64,000 nucleotides of DNA from Sarea resinae (Eukaryota): the NCBI GenBank assembly GCA_026026165.1, contig JAPEUD010000066.1:62001-126000 (forward strand), given 5' to 3'. Below are positions 23,728 through 36,290 of the stretch, piece by piece. The notes beneath the pieces are model-generated. The model saw only the letters and a program-made list of their open reading frames with translations, was not told the DNA's origin and did no database searches. The first letter of the stretch is position 1; each line of letters opens with the position of its first letter. A program made the translations under genes and the position numbers.

Positions 23728-26233
23728 ATGGCCGAGATGATGGATGTTGACTCGGACGGACCTCGGGGCACCAAGAGAAAGGCAGAGGAAGCTGTGGGGA
23801 TCGAGGCACCGCGGCGGATCAAGGTGTGTCCTCGTCGAGTACGCCCATCATATTGCTCTGACAATCCTTCAGGCCCTCGACCAAGACGTCGTGAACAAGA
23901 TCGCGGCTGGGGAAATTATTGTAGCTCCCGTTCATGCCCTCAAAGAGCTGATCGAGAACGCCGTGGACGCTGGGTCGACGCTGCTGGAGATCGTGGTCAA
24001 GGACGGGGGGTTGAAACTTCTCCAGATCACAGACAACGGTCACGGCATCAATGTTGGTCTATCATCCAAGGAATACAGATTTGCTTTCGACATATGTGCA
24101 TGGCTGACCAGAGCACTCATAGCGAGATGACCTGCCAATACTATGCGAGCGTTTTACTACCTCGAAGCTCAAAGCTTTCGAGGACCTCACTTCCATCGGC
24201 ACCTATGGCTTCCGAGGTGAAGCTCTTGCTAGCATCAGTCACATTGCACATCTTACCGTCACGACCAAAACTAAGGAATCAAGTTGTGCGTGGAGAGCTC
24301 ATTACGCTGCTGGCAAGCTGGTCCCCACGAAGCCAGGGCAGAGCCCCGAGCCAAAACCTACCGCGGGCCGTCAAGGCACACAGATAACAGTGCAGATGCC
24401 CCTGTCTGCATACTTTCGAATTTCCACTGACATGAGCGCAGGTTGAAGATCTCTTCTTCAATGTACCAACTCGCCGTCGAGCATTTCGCTCCGCTAGCGA
24501 AGAATATGCGAAGATTCTCGACATAGTCGGACGATACGCTATTCACTGTAATGGAGTGGGATTCTCATGCAAGAAGCATGGCGACTCCGCCATGGGAATT
24601 TCCATACCCTCGACCGCGAATGCTGTTGACCGTATACGCCACATCCATGGCAGTTCTGTAGCCAACGAATTGATAAAACTTCATGTTGCGGATGATCGAT
24701 GGGCCTTCAAATCAGAGGGCTGGATCAGCAACGCAAATTATCATGTCAAGCGGATGATTCTCTTACTGTTCATTAACCATCGTGCCATAGAGTCATCAGT
24801 CATCAAAAAAGCAGTGGAGCAAACATATTCTACTTTTCTGCCGAAAGGGGGGCATCCATTTGTTTACTTGAGTCTGGAAATTGACCCTCAACGGGTCGAC
24901 GTCAACGTTCACCCGACGAAACGCGAGGTCAATTTTCTCAACGAAGACGAGATCATTGAGACAATCTGCAATGAGATCAGAGTCAAACTTGCGAATGTCG
25001 ACACAAGCCGTACATTCATGACCCAAAGCCTACTCCCTGGGGCTCGGATTCCAACCATCACGGAGTCCTCAAGCAACAACTCACCAAGCGTCCCCGGAGA
25101 TCAAAGATCGGCGCAAAGGCCCTACGAGAATAGCCTTGTGAGAACTGATGCCAAAATTAGAAAAATAACCTCTATGCTACCGTCAAGACAAGCGCAGTCA
25201 GGAAGACATAATCCGGCTGGAGAAGTCGCAGGGGATGATATGGAATATGAGGTGTCAGACAAGGAGCCCGTGTTATGTCGACTGGCCACTATTAAAGAGC
25301 TCAGAGCAGAAGTGCGGGAAAACATGCACAACGATCTCACAGAATTGTTTGCCGGCCATACTTTTGTTGGCATTGTTGATGAAAGACGAAGGATCGCGGC
25401 CATTCAAGGTGGCGTAAAGCTATATCTGGTAGATTATGGCATGATATGGTAAGTCTTTCAGCCGTCTAGGCATATCTTAGGAATGAGAAAGGTTCTAAGC
25501 AACTTCAAGCAAGGAGTACTTCTACCAGGTCGGCCTAACTGACTTCGCCAACTTTGGCTCTATCCGCTTTGAAGCACCTCTGAGACTTCACGATCTTCTT
25601 TCCGTCGCCGCCACTCACGAAAAAGGTATCGGTTCGTCTGGGTCCAACAGTGCTGATATCGACTGGGAGGAAGCCGTCCAGCTCGTTGAGAAACAGCTTA
25701 TCGAGCGGCGAGAGATGCTGCAGGAATACTTTTCGCTGGAAATCTCTCCCGAAGGCGATCTCATCGCTATCCCCCTGCTGCTGAAAGGCTACACTCCCAG
25801 CCTAGCAAAGCTCCCTCGGTTCTTGCTTCGACTCGGTCCGGCAATCGACTGGACGGATGAAAAGGGGTGTTTCGCTACCTTTCTCCACGAGTTGGCAAGC
25901 TTCTACGTTCCAGAGTCTTTGCCTCCGCCTCCTCCGCCCCCTCCACCACCGCCAACATCTGTAGCTAAAACATCAAATTCAGAACCAGTCTCCGCAACAG
26001 GGGCAGAAAATGAAGCGACTGGAATAGCAGATGACCCCGGAAACGGGACCCAGACAGACAACGAGACTTGTTCTCCAGAGCTGGCCGCTCGAAGAGAGCA
26101 GCTGAACCGGGTGGTCGAAAACACCATGTTTCCGGCTTTTCGAGCGCGGCTTCTCGCGACCAAGGGACTCTTGCCAGGCGTCATCGAGGTGGCGAATCTG
26201 AAGGGGCTATATCGTATCTTTGAACGTTGTTGA
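23728..26233 (+). CDS. MLH1: DNA mismatch repair protein Mlh1 (MutL); 4 introns
   Basis: [61 protein letters not shown] and the diagnostic C-terminal FERC*. Confidence 0.97.
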
Positions 26234-26746
26234 TGTATTTGATCTCAAATGGCATTGGCACTACGATGTTCGTGCTGCGGTGTTGCTGTAGCGCGAAGGC
26301 CCGGTCATTGGCGTTCAAACCTTTCAGGCTTTAGCGCGCCTAGCACGGCGTTATGTGCTTTGTTTTATCAAGACTTTTGGCGTTTGCAGGCGTCATTAGT
26401 ATTGATGCGCATACAAATTACCGTTGTACATCGGTGTCCCGGTGTGCTGTTTATTTATAGCACTTTCACTGGGTTTAAAGTTGGCCCTGTCGATGTCAAA
26501 CGAAAGGCAGATTCGTGCATATAGGCCACGCATATAGGTCACGTCTTTCCAATTTAGTATCCATCCCACTGCAAATGATCAAGCGAATAAATAAATAAAA
26601 ATGGTGCAGTTTCTCACGTTAGAAACAATTAATCCGATGACACTTTCAATTTAGTAGCTCCATCCGCTCCCCTTCCATGGTCTATCTTTCAATTTATATG
26701 ATCCTTTATACTTTCCCTACGTTGAAGGCAATGCTGCACTGAATAG

Positions 26747-27686
26747 CTAAGCAGAGACCTCAGCAGCATTCTCGATCTCATTCGATCGTTTCTTAAGCAC
26801 ATCCAGATCGCTTGCAGACTTCAGTGACCTCGGGTTTGCCGGCTCCCGTACCATGATGTCGAGCTCCACGGACCGAAGGCCACGCGAAAGAAAGATCTTC
26901 TGCTTCACCTCGAAGCCCAACTTTCGGTAAATGGGAGGGTTCATGGCGTTACTGCTTTCGAGATAGCAGGCACGGCCTTCGACGTCCGCCTTTTTTGTAA
27001 ATTGTTAGCAACTGCTGTCCCTGAGGTGGCCGGTATCTTAAGCCCTTACCTGCTTTGTTACGTGCTCGATCAGCTTGCGAGCATATCCCTTACCCCTAGA
27101 AGTCGGCTTGGTCCCGACATAAACCAGATAATAGGAGTCCTCGTCGCGGTCACCTAATACGTTCGTCTTGGTGTCGTGCAAAAGCGGCATAAATTCGGTA
27201 AAGAATCGCTTCTTTCCCTCGGCACAGAGCTTGTATCTTAGGCGCCACAAACCACTGCGAAAGAGCGTCAAAATATCGTCCATGTTCTTGCCCGGTGGCA
27301 TCCTGTCAACATGGTATCGTCAGTCATGCTTTGTGCCGAGATCCAGTTGCAGTGACTACTCACCAGAGAGCCACACAATCGTAGTTTGGGCCTATGGTGG
27401 TGACCAAGCCTTTGAGACAATGCGCAGCAACAATATATTGTAGGATGCTGACATGCAAGTTCCATTTGCGCTTTGAAGACCAGTGTTCGGTGGCCGGGGT
27501 ATTGATAAAATAGCCGGCAACTTCATCATCGGCAAACGCTTCCGCCAGACACTGAGCTGCTTGCTTATATTCGTTCACGCTGACCACGCGAACTTCATCG
27601 GAGTTGCGACCCCCCTCTATGGACCGTAATGTAGTCGAGGTGGAATCGGACATGGCGATGGTACTTGATGTACTCGTATCTTCCAT
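26747..27686 (-). CDS. GNAT-family N-acetyltransferase (resembles the yeast YGR111W family); 2 introns
   Basis: AAQCLAEAFADD, DCVALW|MPPG, acetyl-CoA motif YVGTKPTSRGKGYARKL, CYLESS and IYRKLGF. Probable start MEDTST at 27686. Confidence 0.85.
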
Positions 27687-28708
27687 GCTCAAATACAATT
27701 TATGTCCAGATGCCTTTGTCTCCTGAGGCCAATTAGAGTCCCTTGAAAGACGGCCAACAGTCCAGAAGAACAGTGGATCACAGATGATGGCTTCCGGGCA
27801 GAAGTCCAATTGTCAAAGTGCGGCAGAGGATATCTTGTCAAATCTCAGTATTAAGGCTATCGTGATGAGGGGAAGCAGTATCAACACACTTCTTCCAAGC
27901 CTCTTGTAATTCACGGGTTTTCAGCTGGTCGGGTGGAATCGCCCGTATGGACTTTCGACAATTGAGACCTTGACACGGTCTCGAAACGATACGGATATCG
28001 CAAACAATAACAGGAATTTCGTAGATCAACCGACATCAATGGTGGAGATCGACCTGACCCGGTCAGGACAAATATTAAATGAAAAAAATGGGGACAGGAA
28101 TTGGTATCAGATGGCGAGACGGCTCCTCGAGACAAGTTGTTGAAATGTTCACTAGTGAGGCAATCGGTTTGCAAGATGGAAAGGTTGAATTTTCGAGACT
28201 TTGCTGCCTTAAATGCTTCGGGAACTGGGGTGGTGGTGGTGGTAGTGTTGATCCGGTCAGATCCTCACAGAATCGTAAACACGACTGAAGAAGCTCACGT
28301 GTGGTCCTTTGTGCGTGGGTTGATGCTAGGCATGCAGATGGAATATATCTGTTCCCGAGCGAGTTGCAGATGTGCCGTTCGATCAGGCGAATCGAATGGA
28401 TGGATGGATGGCCGGAGCAGATGGGGCTGCGGGGGATCATCGGGCTTAAGAGGCGGGCCGAATTGGCGCCAGGACCGCATGACCGTGCTATGCATGATGC
28501 CGGCGACGTACTACACAGTAACTGCCATGTATGGCGGCGGAAGGATGAGGAGGAAATCGATACAACAGTGACGATGATGATAATGAGACCGGCCGACACA
28601 GGAGGTAGAGAGGAATGAGGCTGATAACGGGGGCCCCGCGATATCAGGGTTGGACCAAAGAAGAAAGGCGAAGCAGAAGGAGGGAGTAGGGGATGGATAC
28701 TACTCCGG

Positions 28709-28752
28709 AGTAGGTCGTAGCAGGTCGTAGGCAGGTCGTAGGCAGGTCGTAG
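28709..28752 (+). repeat. About 4 copies of a 10-11-bp tandem repeat (GCAGGTCGTAG)
   Basis: Seen directly. Confidence 0.75.
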
Positions 28753-29513
28753 CTGCAGCGTGAGTACTCTAATCGTGGTAGTGATTGCTCTACGCAGTAA
28801 GGCTTGACGTTCTTGCAGGACGAAGTGGGGGGATCCACTCGAGATGTGAGATAACCTACGGAACGGCCTCATCGGTACATACAAGTAGTAGGTGGTATCC
28901 GTACTGTACGAAGTACCTTACTCGACGAGATACGTGGAGCGAGAAGAGAAGAACCTGAAGGTTCACGATGGGTGGTGGGTGGCCGAATGTCGCGTCGGCT
29001 CTGCTTACCGCAGTAGGTAAGGGCCCTCGACGTCCACGGGTTCAGGGCTGCAGGCGCCAAAAGGGTCCATCGCTACATAGTACATCGGTATCTACCTCCC
29101 CAAGGTACTACTGCGGTACGTCTGCTGCGCACTACTGCGTACTCCTCTCCGAGCATCTCGAGGCACACAGTCGCCTTATCGCGTCTCCTCATCCAACACC
29201 ACCCACCCACTCACCCAACCATATAGCACGCTGGATCTGCATCCTTAGAATCTCTTCAACATACCTACCACAATGGACGTCGACAGTGATTATTGTAGCG
29301 ACTGGTATTTATAGAGACGTAAGTAAAGAGAACCTGAACGACCTGTTTACGGTAAGATTGAGAATCTGTATATAAATCTAGATTAGCAGGCAGATTATTT
29401 AAAGGTTCATCTTCTGTCGACCTTTTTTCCTTATACACCTTATATCTCTATTACATCCATTTGCGTTGGTCTGCGCGCTTCATCTCCGACTTCTGGCTAA
29501 ATTGTACAGCGCA

Positions 29514-30986
29514 ATGTCACAATCCTATCTGCGGCCACGCATGCCGTTCGACGACGTTGCCTGGGAGAAGAGTGAAGCGGTCGATGACGCCTGGATTGCC
29601 AAGCTCTTCAAGCACGAGACTTTGTTTGCCATCGGCCAATTCATCGCTAAACACCACATGGGCGTCCCTGTCGAGCTCTTTTCACCTGTCAACGGAGCTT
29701 TCAACGTTTGCCTCCAAATGTCATTTGAGACCGGTAAATCTGCTATGATACGGATTGCTCGGCCGGGCGTGTCTATGTTTCCTGAAGAGAAAGTTCGTAA
29801 TGAAGTCGCTGTGATGCGTTACCTCCAAGAGCACACGGCTATTCCAATTCCGCTCATTCTTCACTGGGGCACGGCAAAAGAATGTCCATGCAACCTAGGG
29901 CCATTTATCATTATGGAATACGCCGAGCACGCACTCAATATCTCTGCCGCCCTAAATACTCCAGGATTCGTTCTTGAGGATCGTCCGATCCTCGACCCTA
30001 ACATCGCTATCGATAAATTAGAGCACCTATATAGGCAGGTTGCTGACATCTTGCTCCAGCTTTCCTCCATATCTCTCCCTAGCATTGGCAGCCTGGTGGA
30101 GACTGAGGAAGATAAGTGGGAAGTGAAAGATCGACCCCTTACTTTTAACATGGACTCACTTGTCGGATTGGGCACATTCCCTCGCTCTAAGCTTCCAAAA
30201 ACAACCTTCAAGACCTCATCTTCCTACTTTGAAGCTTTAGCTGAAATGCATATCAATCACCTATCGCACCAGCGCAACGACGCTATTGACAACGCTATCG
30301 ACTGCACTCGTAAATACATCGGTCGCCATCTCTTCCGCAAGCTTGCGCGGGAGTCAAAGCTCACCTCACCAGAGCACAATGCCGGCCCATTCAAGCTCTG
30401 GTGCGACGACCTACGCCCAACCAACATCCTTCTCAATGCCGATTTGAAAATTGTCGCCGTCATCGATTGGGAATTCACATATTCCGCTCCTGCAGAATTC
30501 TCATACGCGCCGCCTTGGTGGCTTCTCCTTGAGCAGCCTGAGTATTGGCCTGAAGGGTTGGACGCATGGGCCGATGCCTACGAGCCCCGCTTAGAGGTGT
30601 TTCTACGCGCCCTCCGTGCCCGTGAGAACGATGCCATCAGTCGTGGCACGCTTTCGTCAAAGACCACCCGTTTGTCCGAGCATATGCTACAGTCCTGGAA
30701 ATCGGGGGACTTTCGGATCTCATATGCGGCACGGAAAAGCTTCGCGTTCGATTCCGTATTCTGGACGCAGCTCGACGGGCGGTTTTTCGGCACGCAGAAG
30801 AGACAGAGGGGCGCGATTGGGGCGATAGAAGATAGAGTGGGCTATTTGAGCAAAGAGGAGCGAGAAGGGATGGGTGCGTTTGTCGAGAGGAAGGTAAAGG
30901 AGATGGAGGATAGGGTGTTGGCGTGGGAACCAGAGGAGGAATGGGTAATTGACAACTCGGACATCGACGAGGTGCAGAAAGAATAA
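29514..30986 (+). CDS. Aminoglycoside-phosphotransferase (APH)-family / kinase-like phosphotransferase, intronless
   Basis: GAFNVC loop, EVAVMRYL...IPIP, catalytic-loop-like CDDLRPTNIL, VIDWEF and APPWWLL, in a single open frame. Confidence 0.88.
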   Translation: MSQSYLRPRMPFDDVAWEKSEAVDDAWIAKLFKHETLFAIGQFIAKHHMGVPVELFSPVNGAFNVCLQMSFETGKSAMIRIARPGVSMFPEEKVRNEVAVMRYLQEHTAIPIPLILHWGTAKECPCNLGPFIIMEYAEHALNISAALNTPGFVLEDRPILDPNIAIDKLEHLYRQVADILLQLSSISLPSIGSLVETEEDKWEVKDRPLTFNMDSLVGLGTFPRSKLPKTTFKTSSSYFEALAEMHINHLSHQRNDAIDNAIDCTRKYIGRHLFRKLARESKLTSPEHNAGPFKLWCDDLRPTNILLNADLKIVAVIDWEFTYSAPAEFSYAPPWWLLLEQPEYWPEGLDAWADAYEPRLEVFLRALRARENDAISRGTLSSKTTRLSEHMLQSWKSGDFRISYAARKSFAFDSVFWTQLDGRFFGTQKRQRGAIGAIEDRVGYLSKEEREGMGAFVERKVKEMEDRVLAWEPEEEWVIDNSDIDEVQKE

Positions 30987-32437
30987 GGGAATAGAGGAGG
31001 CGGTGCCAAAGAAGCACTGTGAGCAACTTGTATAGCAGCTTTCGCCACTATGAGAAGAAAAGGATTTGCTTGTACGGCGCGTTGGGGCATGCGTGCGCGA
31101 GCGCTTGCTCCTGCCGCCTCGAACTTCTCCGATCACGAACGCTTACCTTTGAATGGCGCCTTTCCCCGTGGTGGACTTCGTTGACGAAGGAACCTGTCAG
31201 GCGGAAGCTTTCTGCGGGCGTCGAACACGATGATTGACATCAAAACTTTAGTGCGGACGACTAAAAGCGGCGGGGCTTTCCAGATCATAGCAGCAGTAAA
31301 AGGTGAGAGAAGGGGCATCTTGTGTGTAGGTTTGCATGCATGTAAATATCCCAACGCCTACTTGCGATAGAAGAAGATTGTTATATCTAAGAGGATAGAA
31401 GATGCAGCCTGGTCATCACATACAGGCAAGCTTGCTACTAAAGGAAAGCATTACATCCAAGGACAGAGTACTACATACCTGATTAAAGAGGTATGAGGAA
31501 GAGGAAAGAGCTAGAGCAAAAAGCCTCGTGCAGTTACCTAGCACACAGTTACCCGGCATACGGACCATTACTGCTGTACTTCGTACGAGCGTACCTGGAC
31601 TTGCCCGGCATTCCCGCCTCGGCTCTGATGACCCTGAGACCTAAAACCCTACCACGAATGAGAAAGGGCAGGTCGAGGCGGTGCAGCAGCGAGAAATGTT
31701 TGCTTACTGAGTACGAAGGTAGAGGTGAATCAACGTCATTGGCCAGTCCAAATCCACATACCGTTACTTACCAAACATTGTTTTTGCGGTGATCACTGAT
31801 GATACAATACATTCATATTCAAGCAAGCCTTCACAGTATGATGTATAGTAATATGATATTGGAAAGAACGGTTTGCTACTGGTGTCTATGGCTTCTTTGT
31901 GAGTGTGAGTGCGGGTGTGCGGGTGTGCGGGAGGGAGGGAGAGAGAGAGAGGTATATACATCGTAGATGAGCACACGCTCCTTTTCACTCTCCTCACGAT
32001 TTCGATTGCTTGGTGAGGTGGTCTCTGAAAAAGACCAGAGGTGGGTGGGTACTTGAAAGGAAGACACGCACGCATAAATGACATTGACGATCGTGGGTGA
32101 TTCTGAACCTTCCAAGGTACTGTACTGTATTTCTCGACAGTAGCCGTAGTAGGTAGAGAACTAGATGCCTGATGCCTGATAGCTCCCCCACCGCAGATAA
32201 GCCGTGCAGATGCATCGTTGCCTTTATTTGGGTCTGGCAAGGACCCTGCTTTCTCCACCACACTGCCGTCTCCAACTTGCTGTCTGCAAACTGCCGTCTG
32301 CAACGTCGTGTTACGCTCTCTGCTGCATGCAACGCCTGAGATGGTATTCTAGACTACTTCGTTTCTGACTGGCTTCCAAATTCAAGCATAGCGCTTTCGA
32401 ATCCTTGATATGTCATGCAACGCTCATGCCAATCAAA

Positions 32438-33443
<1,006 letters not shown>

Positions 33444-33908
33444 GATTGCTTTTACGATTGAATAGGATTCAAAGGCAACGGCAAGATCCTTGGATGACCT
33501 TGGTAAGAAGAGCTGTGTAGAGGTTCACTTTATTTGAAGAAAGTGCTCAATGGGAGTACGGATGATTGATCTTCGCTGCCTGTAGGGAAGTGGGTTGGTG
33601 TTTGAGGCCATCCCACCTCAGTTCTACTACTACCACTACCACCACTGTCTGCTCTACGCAGTACTTCCCGTCATTTGGCATGGGAGGGCATAGTAAGGTA
33701 CCTAAGGTTTCGTACCTTGCTAACCGTATTCGCATGGTACCTAAGATGTCTAGCCCCATCAGAGCGGAGCTTTCCGAGCACCGACCAGACTTGGCGAGGT
33801 CGAAAATATTGGTAGACGAAATTATGGGAAACACCCCCATTATTCTGTTTCCACGGCTACTATCACCAGCGACTCCTGCTTCACTTGTCGATTCTCCATT
33901 TATTCAAC

Positions 33909-36020
33909 ATGGGCAAATCGAGAAGAAGGGAGAGGCCGAATCGACGGAAAGACCCAATCAGCGGTCGCCGTGCCGTCAAGCCGCCTCAAGATCCGGAGGC
34001 CGCTGCTCTTCGAGAACGGACCGTTCTGCCTGCCGTGACCGCCCTCGCCAGTTCAGAGGCAAAGGCACGCGCGACGGCAGCTTCGGCCATTGCCAATCTC
34101 ATTGAGGACCAAAAATGTCGAAAGCTCCTTCTCAGAGAGCAGGTGGTCCGCGTGATCATGGAGCAGACGATTAATGATTCCGATCTGGAGGTTGCTGCGG
34201 CTGGCTGGGGTGTTCTACGAAACTTGGCATTAGAAGAGCACTCGGATTTCAGCGTACACTTGTACCGGCAGGATATTCTGACTCCCTTGCAAGAGGCATT
34301 GAAGAAGGTCAATATCTACTAGACCTTCGCAACATATATACATACTTACCGGAACTGAACGGTCTTCTCATAGATAATCACGCTATTTGATCCGCCGCAG
34401 CCTGCCTATTCGCAGCTTTCGAAGGGCCAGCAGGTCCTCGTGTGGAATCTGGCAGAATCACTCATCAGCGTTCTCTCGTCACTCTCCGAGACAAATGAGG
34501 ACATCGTAGATGCGATTTCAACTACGCCCGACGTCCTCAAGTTTTACTTGAGTTTGCTGGGTCGTGAGGAAATCCCTGACCATGCCAGAGAAGCCGTTCT
34601 GGTCGGCCTGTACTCATTGACGCGGAATAATGAGATCCTTGCAAAACGGCTTGTCGAAAACAGTTCCGGACTCGATGGCCTCCGCAATCTCAAGAATGAT
34701 GTTTCTCTTAGTGGGGTTGCCTCGTGCGGGATCCTTCATAATATTACCCTAGAGCTCGAGGCCAGCGCGGCTGAAAATCCCGATTTGGAGACACAATTTG
34801 ACAGCGGAGTGCTTCCAGCATTGACTGAGGTGCTACGCAAGTACTCTGCTATGCTTTCAGAGCCTAAAGCAAATGGGACGGAAGGGGTCGCCTCGACGCC
34901 AATCCTTAACAAAACGGTTCCTTTAGCCTTGGAGATTATTAGCTCCGTAGCTACGGAAGTGGGAGTTCAAGCTGAAGCCGCTCAGGCACCCCAAGAATCT
35001 GAATTGCTAAAATCTGTTGATGGAGAGATAAGTGACGAGAGCGACGAAGAAGTCGCAATGGAGGATGTTGAGGAAGAGAAGGACGGTCTGATGTCTAATG
35101 GTGCTGACGTCACTGAGGAGGATGCCGATATGGATCTCCTTGACAATGATCAACCCCCTAGTTCGGAGATGGAATTTGAAGTGTCTAGAGCGAATGAGGA
35201 AGCCGTCGAATATCTCATCAAACATACCACCCCACTGATATTACACTTGACGCGTTCATCTCAGGCCGCATCGTACGGTTCAGTGATCTACGAGCAAGGC
35301 CTGGAAACTTTGAACAACATTGCGTGGGCCGTGTGCGCTGCAACGCTCTCTTCACCAACTTCATCAATCCGCCGAATCTGGGAGCCGTTAGCTCAGCAAA
35401 TCTGGAGACAATCCATTGCGCCAGTTCTTGCTTCGGAAACAGCAGACATTAAACTCGCCGAGTCGATCACTGGCCTTGCCTGGGCCATTTCTCGAAACCT
35501 TGGGGGTAATATTGAACGCCTAGGTAACGAGCACAAGAAATTCATGGCACTCTACGAGGCGGCCGGTGTATTAGAAGAGAAGAGAAACTCTACGACGCAG
35601 GCAAGGAAAAAAGACCAGGAAGAGGTAGAGCCTTTGGAGAGTATACGCCCCAAGTGCCTCGGGGTCCTTGGTTCTTTAGCTCAATGCCCTCAGCGGGTAG
35701 AGCTTAATCGTGAGATTGGTGCTTATCTGGTCACCATTGTCTGTGCTGTACCCTCCACCTCACCAGAAAACGTTATCGAAGCACTGAACCAGCTCTTTGA
35801 TATATATGCCGACAAGTCATATGACTATGATGAGGCCGTCTTTTGGCATGATGGCTTCCTGGGTCATCTCCATGCTGCGATGCCGAGGCTGAAGAAAATG
35901 GTCAAATCCGTGGACAAGAGAAAACAACCGGAGCTGAGGGAGCTGGCTGACGAAGCCATTCTCAATCTAGGAAGGTTTTCAGAGTACAAAAAGGAAGAAC
36001 GGGCCCAGGCGAATCCGTGA
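33909..36020 (+). CDS. SYO1: ARM/HEAT-repeat symportin Syo1 (HEATR3-like; 5S RNP protein import adaptor); 1 intron
   Basis: Basic N-terminus MGKSRRRER, RKLLLREQVV, GWGVLRNL, HLYRQDILT, acidic loop, and C-terminal LNQLFDIYADKSYDYD...NLGRFSEYK. Confidence 0.8.
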
Positions 36021-36290
36021 GTATAAACACAACATTGCGATGCAAGGCGAAAAAGAGAAGGGTGGGATTATTTTGCAGGCATTGGGATTGGCGCCCAAAA
36101 ATGTACTTCCAGTCGTGCAAACCATGTGGATTCATACATAGCCGTCATAGATTCACAATGATGAGGTTATGGTTAAGTGATGCGTTCTCTATTTACACAA
36201 GGTGCCGTCGAATACAAAACAAAGATGAAATCACCGAATCCGGACGCTCGATACCGGAGTGCAGTCAATCTTACAAATGCTTGACTTACT

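Noticed and set aside
28075..28884. 269-aa minus-strand ORF
   Set aside because: Non-ATG start, low-complexity and repeat-derived, with no recognisable domain; more likely leader or promoter DNA.
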